Positions 1 through 9,962 are shown, numbered from the stretch's first letter. The stretch is 64,000 bases of DNA from Rhodothermales bacterium (GCA_041391505.1 JAWKNW010000013.1:77255-141254), one strand, 5' to 3'. Translations and numbers: made by a program. Notes: generated by a model from the sequence alone, not told the origin.

Positions 1-69
1 ATGGGATGCCGCGGGCCGCTTGCGACGCCCGGCGAAACCCTCCCGCGCGCCGGCCGTGTATGTACCCCG

Positions 70-1131
70 ATGGATCGCAAGATCATTCATATCGACATGG
101 ATGCGTTCTTCGCCTCGGTGGAGCAGCGCGACGATCCGTCGCTTCGGGGAAAGCCGGTGGTAGTGGGCGGCAGTCCGACCGGCCGCGGCGTCGTGGCGGC
201 CGCCAGCTACGAGGCCCGGGTGTACGGCATCCACTCCGCCATGCCGGCGCGCACCGCCCTGCGGCTGTGCCCGGACCTCGTCTTCGTGCGCGGCGATTTC
301 GCCCGCTACCGCGAGGCGTCGACCCACATGCGCCGGATTTTGACCGAATACACTGCCCTGATCGAGCCGCTGAGTCTGGACGAGTGTTATCTGGACGTGT
401 CCGATCTCCCCGAGGGGTACCCTACGGCCACCGCGGTCGCCCGGGAGATCCGGGCCCGGATTCGGGACGAGCTCAACCTGACCGCCTCCGCCGGCGTGGC
501 GCCGCTCAAGTTCGTCGCCAAGATGGCGTCGGATTATAAAAAGCCGGACGGCCTCACCGTGGTGCCGCCCGAAAAACTGCTGGCGTTCCTGCATCCGCTC
601 AAGGTGGCGAAGCTGCCCGGCGTGGGGCCGGCGACGGAATCGTACCTGAACGAAAACGGCATTTTCACCATCGGCGACCTGGCCGCGCTCACGCCGGAGC
701 GCGTGGACGGCATGTTCGGGAAATACGGCCGGCGTCTGTGGGAGCGCAGCAACGGCATCGACGAGGGGCAGGTCCGCACCTACCGCAAGCGCAAGTCGCG
801 CAGCGCGGAGCGCACGTTTGCGCAGGACCTCGTCCACCGCCCGGAGATGCACCGGATGCTCGAATCGCTCGCGGCCCGCGTGTGCCAGGAAATGACGCGC
901 GACGCCCTCCTGGCGCGCACCGTGCGGATCAAGGTGCGTTATCGCGATTTTACAACCTTTACCCGCGCCACCACCCTGTTCGACGCGACCGCCGACGAGG
1001 GGCTCGTGAGCCGCGTCGCGATCGCGCTGCTCGACCTCGTCGCGCCGGCCCAGCCCGTACGGCTGCTCGGCGTCGGCCTCGCCAACCTGGTCTATCCGGA
1101 TACGCCGAGACAGCTTCGCCTCGCGTTCTGA
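70..1131 (+). CDS. dinB: DNA polymerase IV (Y-family translesion polymerase)
   Basis: ORF 1..1131. From the ATG at 70 the product reads MDRKIIHIDMDAFFASVEQRDDPSLRGKPVVVGG..., the canonical DinB N-terminus (DMDAFF, SLDE motifs). The frame is open to the window edge, so an upstream start cannot be excluded. Confidence 0.9.
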   Translation: MDRKIIHIDMDAFFASVEQRDDPSLRGKPVVVGGSPTGRGVVAAASYEARVYGIHSAMPARTALRLCPDLVFVRGDFARYREASTHMRRILTEYTALIEPLSLDECYLDVSDLPEGYPTATAVAREIRARIRDELNLTASAGVAPLKFVAKMASDYKKPDGLTVVPPEKLLAFLHPLKVAKLPGVGPATESYLNENGIFTIGDLAALTPERVDGMFGKYGRRLWERSNGIDEGQVRTYRKRKSRSAERTFAQDLVHRPEMHRMLESLAARVCQEMTRDALLARTVRIKVRYRDFTTFTRATTLFDATADEGLVSRVAIALLDLVAPAQPVRLLGVGLANLVYPDTPRQLRLAF

Positions 1132-1166
1132 CCCGCCATCCCCCTTAACCCATTCCCCATTTCCCG

Positions 1167-2249
1167 ATGTTTGAACGACTGCAAGAACTGCTGGCCGACT
1201 ATCAACTTTTTGGCGTACCCCTCTACGAAATCGCCCTCATCGCCGGCGCGTGGCTGGTGCTGACGTTCGTGCTGTTTTTCGTGCGCAAACAGGTGGGCGG
1301 CCGGCTGGAGCGCCTCGCTGCGCGCACGACGAACCTCGTCGACGACGTCCTTTCCGTGATCGTCAACCAGACGAAGAACTATTTCCTGATCGCGATCGCG
1401 CTGCTGGGGGCGATGCTGGCCGGCACGCTCCCGGATGCGACGGAGACGACGCTCCGCCGTATCGTGCTGCTCGTGAGCCTCGTGCAGATGGTGGCCTGGG
1501 GCTCCAGCCTGATCACGCTGTGGCTGGATAATTACCGCAAGCGCCGTTTCGAGGAGGACCCCGCCGCCGTGACCACGATGCAGGCGGCCGCCCTGTTCGG
1601 ACGCCTGGTGCTGGGGCTCATCGCGGTGCTGCTGGCGCTGGATAATTTCGGGGTGGATGTGACGGCGCTGGTGGCCGGCCTGGGCATCGGTGGCATAGCC
1701 GTCGCCCTCGCCGTCCAGAACATCCTGGGCGATCTCTTTGCCTCGCTCTCGATCATCCTCGACAAGCCGTTCGTCGTGGGCGATTTTCTGATCGTGGGCG
1801 ACTATCTCGGGTCGGTGGAGAAGGTGGGATTAAAGACGACCCGCCTCCGCAGCCTCTCCGGCGAGCAGATCATCGTATCCAATAGCGACCTGTTATCCAG
1901 CCGCATCCGCAACTTCAAGCGGATGTACGAACGCCGCATCGCGTTTACGATCGGCGTCACCTACGAGACCCCGCGCGAACACATCGCGCAGATCCCGGAC
2001 ATGCTCAAGGAGATCGTGCTCGCGCAGGAAAACGTCCGCTTCGACCGCGCGCACTTCAAGGGGTTCGGCGATTTTTCGCTCGACTTCGAGATCGTCTATT
2101 TCGTGCTCGTGCCGGACTTTGCGGTGTACATGGACATCCAGCAGGCGATGAATCTGGAAATCATGCGTCGCTTCGAGGAGCTGGGCATCGAGTTCGCGTA
2201 TCCGACGCAGATGCTGTACGTGCAGCAGCAGGCCGCCGCGGCGTCATGA
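1167..2249 (+). CDS. Mechanosensitive ion channel, MscS family
   Basis: 360 aa. N-terminal TM helices are followed by GIGGIAVALAVQNILGDLFASLSIILDKPFVVGDFLIVGDYLGSVEKVGLKTTRLR, the MscS pore-helix/beta-domain signature. Confidence 0.85.
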   Translation: MFERLQELLADYQLFGVPLYEIALIAGAWLVLTFVLFFVRKQVGGRLERLAARTTNLVDDVLSVIVNQTKNYFLIAIALLGAMLAGTLPDATETTLRRIVLLVSLVQMVAWGSSLITLWLDNYRKRRFEEDPAAVTTMQAAALFGRLVLGLIAVLLALDNFGVDVTALVAGLGIGGIAVALAVQNILGDLFASLSIILDKPFVVGDFLIVGDYLGSVEKVGLKTTRLRSLSGEQIIVSNSDLLSSRIRNFKRMYERRIAFTIGVTYETPREHIAQIPDMLKEIVLAQENVRFDRAHFKGFGDFSLDFEIVYFVLVPDFAVYMDIQQAMNLEIMRRFEELGIEFAYPTQMLYVQQQAAAAS

Positions 2250-2264
2250 AGTATGCAATTTGGG

Positions 2265-2316
2265 TGTCATCCCGACCGGATCCCCACTTGCGTGGGGACA
2301 ACGCGGAGGGATGACA
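2265..2316. repeat. REP-like nested hairpin with GTCATCCC / GGGATGAC outer arms
   Basis: TGTCATCCC (2265-2273) pairs with GGGATGACA (2308-2316). Inner stem TCCCCAC (2281-87), loop TTGC, GTGGGGA (2292-98). Lies between the mscS-family stop (2249) and the yigZ start. A second copy of the arm motif is at 30752-30782. Confidence 0.7.
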
Positions 2317-2353
2317 TCATAATAATGACGCAGGCCTGGATGACACCGGGATA

Positions 2354-2962
2354 ATGACCGACACGTACCGCATCATCGCCGGCCCGACGCGGGCCGAGAT
2401 CAAGGTAAAGGGCTCGCGCTTTATCGCGGAGGCCTTGCCGGCGTCCACGCCGGCGGAGGCCGAGGTGCAGGTCGCCGCCATCCGAAAGCGTGAGTACGAT
2501 GCGACGCACCATTGCTGGGCCTACCGCATCGGGGTGGACGGCGCCCAGTTCCGCTCCAGCGACGACGGCGAGCCCTCCGGCACGGCCGGCGCGCCCATCC
2601 TCCGGCAGATCGACGCGAAGGAGGTCACGAATACGCTGGTCGTGGTCACCCGCTACTACGGCGGCACCAAGCTGGGGACGGGCGGGCTCATCCGCGCTTA
2701 CGGCGACGCCGCCGCCGCGGCGATGGCGGACGCGGTGGTCCGCGAGGAGATCGTCCGGGTCACGCTGAAGATCCGGTTTCCCTACGACGAGACATCGCCG
2801 GCGATGCGGCTCATCGAGGAGATGGAGGCGTCGATGACCGGATCGACGTATGGCGACGATACGGAGCTCGAGGTGGCGGTCCGCGCCTCGCGGGTTGAGG
2901 CCTTCCGGGAGGCGTTCGTGGAGCGGCTGCGGGGGCGGGGGGTGATCCGGTTAGGCTCCTGA
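2354..2962 (+). CDS. yigZ: IMPACT/YigZ family protein (UPF0029)
   Basis: 202 aa. KGSRFIAEALP...EYDATHHCWAYRIG...SDDGEPSGTAGAPIL...VVVTRYYGGTKLGTGGLIRAY matches the YigZ N-terminal domain signature. Confidence 0.8.
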   Translation: MTDTYRIIAGPTRAEIKVKGSRFIAEALPASTPAEAEVQVAAIRKREYDATHHCWAYRIGVDGAQFRSSDDGEPSGTAGAPILRQIDAKEVTNTLVVVTRYYGGTKLGTGGLIRAYGDAAAAAMADAVVREEIVRVTLKIRFPYDETSPAMRLIEEMEASMTGSTYGDDTELEVAVRASRVEAFREAFVERLRGRGVIRLGS

Positions 2963-2994
2963 GACATCCCTGGCGCCTGAAAATTTTTGTGGCC

Positions 2995-3429
2995 CTACAG
3001 GTTCTTCCGGGCGGCGACGGCCAGTTCGTCGCACCGGTTGTTCAATTCGTCGTCGGCGTGGCCCTTTACCTTGGACCATTCGACCTGGTGCTTCTTCTCC
3101 AGCTCCAGCAGCCGCTGCCAGAGGTCCTGGTTCTCGACGGGTTTTTTGCTCGCGGTTTTCCAGCCGTTCTTCTGCCACTTCTGGAGCCAGCCCTCGGTGA
3201 AGGCGCGGAGCATGTAGGCGCTGTCGGTGTGGATCGTGACGCGGCAGGGCTCCTTGAGCGCTTCGAGGCCCCCGATGGCTCCCATCAGCTCCATCCGGTT
3301 GTTGGTGGTGTGCTTTTCCCCTCCGGAGAGTTCGCGTCGGTGGCCGCCGTGGATCAGGATGGCGGCCCATCCGCCGGGGCCCGGGTTGCCGCTGCAGGCC
3401 CCGTCGGTGTAGAGGATGACGTGCTTCAA
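2995..3429 (-). CDS. rnhA: Ribonuclease HI
   Basis: C-terminal 145 codons of the 491-aa ORF 2995..4470: (M)[24 protein letters not shown]...[12 protein letters not shown]...IHTDSAY...[18 protein letters not shown]. No ATG is present. TTG at 3429-3427 gives the usual RNase H start just before the first catalytic Asp. The rest of the ORF is antisense to obg. Confidence 0.85.
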   Translation of the reverse strand: MKHVILYTDGACSGNPGPGGWAAILIHGGHRRELSGGEKHTTNNRMELMGAIGGLEALKEPCRVTIHTDSAYMLRAFTEGWLQKWQKNGWKTASKKPVENQDLWQRLLELEKKHQVEWSKVKGHADDELNNRCDELAVAARKNL

Positions 3430-3525
3430 AAGGACGTTGAACGTTTTCGCGTTTGGACGTTTAACGAGGTCCGGTCCCGAATGCGAACCGGCCCACCATG
3501 ATACGGAATCGTCCGTATACGAACG

Positions 3526-4530
3526 ATGAAATTTGTCGATTACGTCACCATCTCGGTCCGCAGCGGTAAGGGCGGCGCCGGCGCCGTCTCGTTCCGCCGC
3601 GCCAAGTACGAGCCCAACGGGGGTCCGGATGGTGGCGACGGCGGAGCCGGCGGCTCCGTCCTGCTCGAGGGCGACGCCCACCTGTACACCCTGCTCGATC
3701 TCCGGTACAACCGGCACCACTTCGCCGATAACGGCCGGCCGGGCTCCGGCGCCATGAAGCAGGGACGCAGCGGCGACGACATCGTCCTGCGCGTCCCCAT
3801 CGGGACCATCGCGCGCAACGCGGAGACCGACGAGATCATGGCCGAGATCATCGAGCCGGGCCAGCGTATCGTGCTCGCCCAGGGTGGGCGCGGCGGCAAG
3901 GGCAATACCTTCTTCAAGTCCTCGACGCATCAGACGCCGCGCTACGCGCAGCCCGGCGAGCCGGGGCAGGAGATGGACGTCGTGATGGAGCTCAAGCTCC
4001 TGGCTGATGTGGGGCTCGTGGGGTTTCCAAACGCCGGCAAGAGCACGCTCGTCGCCTCGCTCTCCGCCGCGCGTCCGAAAATCGCCGATTACCCCTTTAC
4101 GACGCTGGAGCCGGCGCTGGGCGTCGTGCGGGTCGAGGACTACAAGTCGTTCGTCATCGCCGACATCCCGGGCATCATCGAGGGGGCGCACGAAGGGCGA
4201 GGCCTCGGCGTCCAGTTTCTGAAGCATATCGAACGCAACGCCATCCTGCTTTTCGTCATCCCTTCCACCGATGACGACCCCGCCGCATCCTACCGCATCC
4301 TGCTGGCCGAACTGGAGGCGTTCAACCCGGATCTCCTCCGCAAGCCGCGCATGGTCGCGCTCAGCAAGATCGATCTGCTGCCCGTCGACGATCTCGACGA
4401 GTGGATCGCCATGATCCGGGAAGGTTTTCCCGACGACCTGCACATCGTACCGATCAGCGCCGTTGCACAAAAAGGGCTCGACAGGTTACGAATGGACCTC
4501 TGGAATCGTCTAGAGAAGAGTAAGGCGTAG
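3526..4530 (+). CDS. obg: GTPase Obg/CgtA
   Basis: [45 protein letters not shown] (Gly-rich Obg fold), then G-domain motifs [22 protein letters not shown]. Confidence 0.95.
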   Translation: MKFVDYVTISVRSGKGGAGAVSFRRAKYEPNGGPDGGDGGAGGSVLLEGDAHLYTLLDLRYNRHHFADNGRPGSGAMKQGRSGDDIVLRVPIGTIARNAETDEIMAEIIEPGQRIVLAQGGRGGKGNTFFKSSTHQTPRYAQPGEPGQEMDVVMELKLLADVGLVGFPNAGKSTLVASLSAARPKIADYPFTTLEPALGVVRVEDYKSFVIADIPGIIEGAHEGRGLGVQFLKHIERNAILLFVIPSTDDDPAASYRILLAELEAFNPDLLRKPRMVALSKIDLLPVDDLDEWIAMIREGFPDDLHIVPISAVAQKGLDRLRMDLWNRLEKSKA

Positions 4531-4552
4531 TTTCATCCTCACTCTGCTGTCC

Positions 4553-5661
4553 ATGCCCCCCACCACCGATGATGCGCTCGACGAGCAGCGCGCGCTGATT
4601 GCGTTGTCGCTGGTGCCCGGCGTGGGGCCGGGGCGAATTCGGGGGCTGGTGAATCATTTCGGATCGGCCATCGATGCCCTGGAGGCGCCGCGCGCCCGGC
4701 TCGCGACGCTCGAGGGGATCGGGGATGTGACGGCGGACGCCATCGCCCGGTTCGACGGCTACGATGCGGTCGAGGCCCAGTGGCAACGCGCCGGCCAGGT
4801 CGAAGCCCGCCTCGTCACCGAATGGGATGCCGGCTACCCCGAGGCGCTGCGCACGATCTACGATCCCCCCGTATTTCTCTGGATGCGGGGGGAAACGACG
4901 CGGGAGGACGAACAGGCCATCGCGATCGTCGGGACACGTAAGCCGTCGGAGTACGGCAAGCGCATGGCGGAGCGGTTCGCCGGCGAACTCGCCGAACAGG
5001 GGTACACCATCGTGAGCGGTCTCGCGTACGGCGTCGATACCATCGCGCACGCCGCGGCGTTGCAGGCCGGCGGCCGCAGCGTCGCCGTGCTGGGCTCGGG
5101 GCCGACTGGATCTATCCCGCGCGCAACCATGCGCTGGCGCTCCGCATGATCGGGGCCGGCGCGCTGCTTTCCGAATACCCGCTGGGGGCGAAGCCGGACG
5201 CGGTGCACTTTCCCCGGCGCAACCGCATCGTGAGCGGGCTGGCGCGCGGCACCCTCGTCGTCGAGGCCTACGAAAAAGGGGGCGCGCTCATCACGGCCGG
5301 CCTCGCGCTGGAGCAAAATCGCGAGGTGTTCGCCCTGCCCAGCGCGGTCACCAACACCGCCGGCGCGGGGTGCAACCAGCTCATCCAGCGCGGCCACGCG
5401 AAGCTGGTGCAGACGGTCGACGACGTGCTGGCGGAGATCGAGCCGGCGCGGATGGGCGAGAAGGCCGCGCCCGCGGCGCTGCCCGATCTGAACCCGGCCG
5501 AGCAGGCGCTCTACGATGCGCTCGGCGGCGAGCCGGTTTATATCGATGCGCTGTGCGCGCGCACCGGATTGGATCCCTCCACCGCGCTCGTGTATCTTCT
5601 CAGCCTCGAATTCAAGGGCCTCGTTTTCCAGATGGCCGGCAAACAGTTTTACAGGGCGTGA
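4553..5661 (+). pseudogene. dprA: DNA-processing protein DprA/Smf, reading frame broken by an apparent 1-nt deletion
   Basis: ORF 4553..5149 carries the N-terminal half (...IAIVGTRKPSEYG...IVSGLAYGVDTIAHAAALQAGGRSVAVLGSG), then runs out of frame to a TGA. The -1 frame continues without interruption from 5101 as ADWIYPARNHALALRMIGAGALLSEYPLGAKPDAVHFPRRNRIVSGLARGTLVVEAYEKGGALITA... to 5661. The junction is the GGGG run at 5098-5101. Confidence 0.8.
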
Positions 5662-5669
5662 CCCGACGT

Positions 5670-6800
5670 ATGACGATCGACGAACTCAGACAGCACTTCC
5701 CGCACACGCGACACGGGATCTACATGAACCACGCGGCGGTGGCGCCCATGAGCACCCCCGTCGTGGAGGCGCTGCAGGCTTACATCGCCGAGCGCCACGA
5801 GACGCATGTCGAGAACTTCTTCGACATGGAGCCCGTTATTGCAAGTGCGCTCGATCGCGCGGCGGCGGCGATCGGGACCGTGGCAGACCGGGTGGCGTTC
5901 GTGCCGAATACCTCCTACGCCCTCAACCTCCTCGCACAGGGGCTCGACTGGCAGCAGGGCGATCGCATCGCGATTCCCGGGTGCGAGTTTCCGGCCAACG
6001 TCTATCCGTTCGTCAACCTGCGCGATCGCGGCGTGGAGGTCGATTACATTCCGGATCGCGACGGCGTCTTCACGCTCGAGGATGTCGAGGCGATGCTGAC
6101 GAAGCGCACCCGCTTGCTGACGGTGAGCTGGGTGCAGTTTCTGTCGGGATTCAAGGCGGATTTGCGCGCGCTCGGCGCGCTGTGCCGCGAGCGAGGCATT
6201 CTGTTTTGCGTCGACGCCATCCAGGGGCTCGGGGCATTCGGACTCGATGTGGCCTCCTGCGGCATCGATTTCCTGGCCTGCGGCGGGCACAAATGGCTGA
6301 TGGCCTCGCAGGGCATCGGTTTTTTGTATGTGACGGAGGCGCTCCAGGATCGGCTGAAGTCGATGGCCGGCTGGCTGCACGGTCCGATCGACTGGAGCCG
6401 GCTGACCGACTACGAACTGACGTTCCACCCCACCGCGCGGCGGTATCGGCTGGGCACCATGAACATGATGGGGGTGGTGTCGCTGAACGCGGCGCTGGGG
6501 CTTCGCGAACAGTGCGGCGTTGACTGGTGCGCCGAGCAGGTGCTGGACCGGGCCGCGCTGTTGCGGGATGGTTTTCTGGACGCCGGCCACGCCCTCTATG
6601 GGTCCAGCGACCCCGAAGCGGCTTCCGGTATCGTGACCCTGCGGCACCCGGATGCCGGCAGGCTGTTCCATCAGCTGCAGGACGAGGGAATCCAGATCGC
6701 GCTCCGCAACGGGCTGCTGCGGTTTGCGCCCACGTATTACAACACGCGCGAGGAAGCGTTGGCCGTGGTCGACCGCCTGAAGACCGAAGTGCCGGCCTGA
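5670..6800 (+). CDS. Aminotransferase class V-fold PLP enzyme (cysteine desulfurase/selenocysteine lyase-like)
   Basis: In-frame ATG at 5670 (MTIDELRQHFPHTRHGIYMNHAAVAPMS...). GGHKWLMASQGIGFLYV contains the PLP-lysine context. The longer ORF-track start at 5370 overlaps the dprA 3' half and is Arg/Ala-rich junk. Confidence 0.8.
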   Translation: MTIDELRQHFPHTRHGIYMNHAAVAPMSTPVVEALQAYIAERHETHVENFFDMEPVIASALDRAAAAIGTVADRVAFVPNTSYALNLLAQGLDWQQGDRIAIPGCEFPANVYPFVNLRDRGVEVDYIPDRDGVFTLEDVEAMLTKRTRLLTVSWVQFLSGFKADLRALGALCRERGILFCVDAIQGLGAFGLDVASCGIDFLACGGHKWLMASQGIGFLYVTEALQDRLKSMAGWLHGPIDWSRLTDYELTFHPTARRYRLGTMNMMGVVSLNAALGLREQCGVDWCAEQVLDRAALLRDGFLDAGHALYGSSDPEAASGIVTLRHPDAGRLFHQLQDEGIQIALRNGLLRFAPTYYNTREEALAVVDRLKTEVPA

Positions 6801-6922
6801 GCACGACCCCGCCCTTGCACATGCCTTTTCAAGGTGGGGGGATGGCCTGAAACCTCGCACCTTCACCGTTGAACCTTTCACGCATCCGATTGGATGATCG
6901 TGAACGCAATCTGAATACTGGG

Positions 6923-8038
6923 ATGATGATGGAAACGGAGCGACAGGAAACCGAAATCGTTCTGGACGTGCCCTCCGGCTATGCGGAGGGCGAACGGCTC
7001 GATGTGTATATCACCGGCTTCGTCGCCAACGCGACGCGGGCCAAGGTGCAGCAGGCGCTGAAAGAGGAGCGGGTCCGCGTCAACGGGCGCGTCGCCACCA
7101 AGCCCTCGTACCGCGTGCAGGGAAACGACCGGATCGTGTGCATCGTGCTGCGGCCCCCGCCGATCGAGGCGGCGCCCGAGGCGATTCCGCTGGAGGTGGT
7201 CTACGAGGACGAATGGCTATTGGTGGTCAACAAGCGCGCCGGCATGGTGGTGCACCCTGCTTACGGCAATCGCACCGGGACCCTCGTGAATGCGCTGCTC
7301 CATCATCTGGGCGCAGGCCCCATTTCGCTGGAGGAGACGGAGGATGAGGATGACGGCGACGAAACGCCGGCGCCGCTGTCCATGTCCAATGCCCAGCCCC
7401 GCAGCGCCGAGGGCATCGACCTGCGCCCCGGCATCGTGCACCGGCTCGACAAGGACACCTCCGGGCTGCTCGTCGTGGCCAAGGACGACGTCACCCATGC
7501 GAAACTCGCGCGGCAGTTTTTCGATCGGACGACGCGCCGAACGTACGAGGCACTGGTGTGGGGCGAACCCTCGCCGAGGGAGGGCGTGGTCGAGACGGCG
7601 CTGTGGCGGGACAGCCGGGACCGCCGGCGGATGGCCGTCGTGCCCGACGACAAGGGAAAGCGCGCGGTGACCCACTACAGCCTCATCGAGTCCTTCGGCT
7701 ACACGTCGCACGTGGCCTTCCGCCTTGAGACGGGGCGGACCCATCAGATTCGGGTCCATGCCCTCCATCTCAAACACCCCATTCTGGGCGATACCACGTA
7801 TGGCGGCACGGAAGTGCGGTTCGGCCCCCAGACCTCCAAACGCGTCGCCTATTTTCGCAACCTGTTCGAACGGATGCCGCGTCAGGGCCTGCATGCCCGA
7901 ACGCTGGGCTTCAAGCACCCGCAGACCGGAGCAGAGATGGATTTCGAGGCCCCGCTGCCGGACGACATGGCGTGGGTGCTGAACCGCCTCCGCGACATCG
8001 ACGCGGCGCTGTATCAGGGAGAGGGATGGAATGGATGA
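6923..8038 (+). CDS. rluD: RluA/RluD-family 23S rRNA pseudouridine synthase
   Basis: S4-like N-domain (RLDVYITGFV...RAKVQQALKEERVRVNGR), catalytic HRLDKDTSGLLVVAK, GRTHQIRVH. Start taken at the ATG triplet run 6923-6931; the TTG at 6869 is also possible. Confidence 0.85.
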   Translation: MMMETERQETEIVLDVPSGYAEGERLDVYITGFVANATRAKVQQALKEERVRVNGRVATKPSYRVQGNDRIVCIVLRPPPIEAAPEAIPLEVVYEDEWLLVVNKRAGMVVHPAYGNRTGTLVNALLHHLGAGPISLEETEDEDDGDETPAPLSMSNAQPRSAEGIDLRPGIVHRLDKDTSGLLVVAKDDVTHAKLARQFFDRTTRRTYEALVWGEPSPREGVVETALWRDSRDRRRMAVVPDDKGKRAVTHYSLIESFGYTSHVAFRLETGRTHQIRVHALHLKHPILGDTTYGGTEVRFGPQTSKRVAYFRNLFERMPRQGLHARTLGFKHPQTGAEMDFEAPLPDDMAWVLNRLRDIDAALYQGEGWNG

Positions 8039-8083
8039 CACGTAGATTTCATCCAAATCGCGTCGGTCCGGCCCCGATGCGTA

Positions 8084-8118
8084 GGAACGACTCCGCACAT
8101 GGGTCGTTCTTGCTTGCC
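8084..8118 (+). terminator. Weak candidate intrinsic terminator after rluD
   Basis: GGAACGAC (8084-8091), 11-nt loop, GTCGTTCT (8103-8110, one G-U pair), followed by TGCTTGCC. The U-tract is poor. Confidence 0.3.
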
Positions 8119-8190
8119 GAATAAAGCGCGCCGATACGCTTCCACACGCCAAGACGGCGCGTCCTGCCCTGTAGAACGTTTTGAGTTGAC

Positions 8191-8658
8191 GTGTTCGAGA
8201 TCGCCCAACTTCTGACACCCCACACGGTGAGCGTCCATCTGCCGGGCGAAACCAAGGGCGACGTGCTCGACCATTTGATGGCGTTGCTGCAGGGCGATGA
8301 GCGGGTGCTCGATTTCGAGAGCGTCCGCCGCGCGGTGCTGGCTCGCGAAGCCATCATGTCCACCGGCGTAGGCAAGGGCCTCGCGCTTCCGCATGCCAAG
8401 ACGTCGGCCGTGTCCGGGATCGTGGCCGCGTTTGCCACGACGGCCTCGCCCGTTCCCTACGACGCCATTGACGACGAACCAGTGCGGCTGCTCTTCCTGC
8501 TGGTAGGTCCGGAGCATGCCAAATCGGAGCACATCAAGACCATGAGCCGGGTCTCGCGGCTGATGAACGAGGCCGGCTTCCGGGCGCGGCTCCTGACCGC
8601 GAAATCCACGGCGGAAATCATTGCCCTCTTTGTAGAAAGCGAACGAAATCTGGGATGA
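8191..8658 (+). CDS. ptsN: PTS EIIA-type regulatory protein (nitrogen-regulatory PtsN-like)
   Basis: 155 aa with a GTG start. STGVGKGLALPHAKT contains the phosphorylatable His context of EIIA(Ntr/Fru). The stop overlaps the hisS start (ATGA at 8655-8658). Confidence 0.7.
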   Translation: MFEIAQLLTPHTVSVHLPGETKGDVLDHLMALLQGDERVLDFESVRRAVLAREAIMSTGVGKGLALPHAKTSAVSGIVAAFATTASPVPYDAIDDEPVRLLFLLVGPEHAKSEHIKTMSRVSRLMNEAGFRARLLTAKSTAEIIALFVESERNLG

Positions 8659-9962
8659 GTACGTCCATCAAGAATATCACCGGCACCTTCGATATCCTGC
8701 CGGCCGGATCCACGCGCGAGGGCGTACATCCCCAGGGTACGGCCGAGTGGCAGTATGTCGAGCGGCAAATCCGGGACGTGTTCGAGCGCTTCCAGTTTTC
8801 CGAGATCCGCACGCCGATCCTCGAACCGACCGAACTGATCGCCCGCGGCATCGGGCAGCTGACGGATATCGTCTCGAAAGAGATGTTCGCGTTCGAGCGC
8901 GAGGATACGCATTACGTGCTTCGTCCGGAGGTTACGGCCCCGGTCATGCGCGCCTACCTGCAGCATCACATGGACCAGCTGGGCGGCGCCCAGAAGGTGT
9001 TCTACATCGGCCCCTGCTTCCGCGCGGAACGCCCGCAGAAGGGGCGTTACCGCCAGTTTCATCAGTTCGGCGCCGAGGTCATCGGCGTGGACCATCCGAT
9101 GGCGGATGCCGAGACGATCGCAGTGATGATGGCCGTATACGACGCGTTCGGCGTCACCAACCAGACGCTGCGCATCAATACGCTCGGCGATACGGAGAGC
9201 CGGCCGCGCTACCGGGAGGCGCTCCGTGCGTATTTCGAACCCTACGCCTCGGAGCTGACAGAGACCAGCCTCGCCCGGCTCGAAAAGAATCCCATGCGGA
9301 TTCTCGACACAAAAAACGAGCGCGAACGCAAGCTCCTCGCGGATGCGCCGCGCCTTATCGATTATGTGGATGCGGCCAGCCTGGCCCATTACGATGCCGT
9401 AAAGGCCTTCCTGGTCGACGTGGGCGTGACGTTCGTGGAAGACCCGTTCCTGGTGCGCGGGCTCGACTATTACACCCGGACGGCATTCGAGCTGGAAAGC
9501 GGCGACCTCGGCGCGCAGAGCGCGCTCGCCGGCGGGGGACGTTACGACCTCCTCGCCCGCGAGATCGGCAACGACGACGGCGTGCCGGCTGTGGGCTTCG
9601 CGGCCGGCATCGAACGGCTCTTTCTGGCGCTGGAAGCCCTGCAGCATCCCTTCCCGGCCGCGGCTCGGCCGGATGCGGTGCTCATTGCACTCGGCGAGGC
9701 GGCCGGCCGGTGGGCATTCCGCGCGGCGCTGGCCCTGCGCAAGGCCGGGCTCCGCGTCAACGTCGACCTCCAGGGCCGCTCCATGAAGGCGCAGATGCGC
9801 GACGCGAACCGGGCCGGCGCGCAAAACGTCGTCATCGTCGGCGACAGCGAGCTGGCGCAGGGGGCGGCGCAGGTGAAGCATATGGCAACAGGCAACCAGG
9901 AATCGGTTGCGTTGGACGCCCTTGCAACGTATCTAGGTTCGAACGCTACGACCGCATCGTAA
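8655..9962 (+). CDS. hisS: Histidine--tRNA ligase
   Basis: 435 aa. Class II aaRS motifs: ...YYIGPCFRAERPQKGRYRQFHQFGAEVIG..., GGGRYDLL, GFAAGIERL, and a C-terminal anticodon-binding domain. Confidence 0.95.
   Translation: MSTSIKNITGTFDILPAGSTREGVHPQGTAEWQYVERQIRDVFERFQFSEIRTPILEPTELIARGIGQLTDIVSKEMFAFEREDTHYVLRPEVTAPVMRAYLQHHMDQLGGAQKVFYIGPCFRAERPQKGRYRQFHQFGAEVIGVDHPMADAETIAVMMAVYDAFGVTNQTLRINTLGDTESRPRYREALRAYFEPYASELTETSLARLEKNPMRILDTKNERERKLLADAPRLIDYVDAASLAHYDAVKAFLVDVGVTFVEDPFLVRGLDYYTRTAFELESGDLGAQSALAGGGRYDLLAREIGNDDGVPAVGFAAGIERLFLALEALQHPFPAAARPDAVLIALGEAAGRWAFRAALALRKAGLRVNVDLQGRSMKAQMRDANRAGAQNVVIVGDSELAQGAAQVKHMATGNQESVALDALATYLGSNATTAS

Noticed and set aside
3430-4470. N-terminal 346 codons of the 491-aa ORF that ends as RNase H
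   Set aside because: Only the last 145 codons match RNase HI. The upstream part is antisense to obg and has no ATG near the domain boundary. A TTG at 3429 gives a normal-length rnhA.
9925-9945. tRNA T-arm-like word GGTTCGAAC
   Set aside because: It lies inside the hisS coding frame. No acceptor, D or anticodon arms can be drawn around it.
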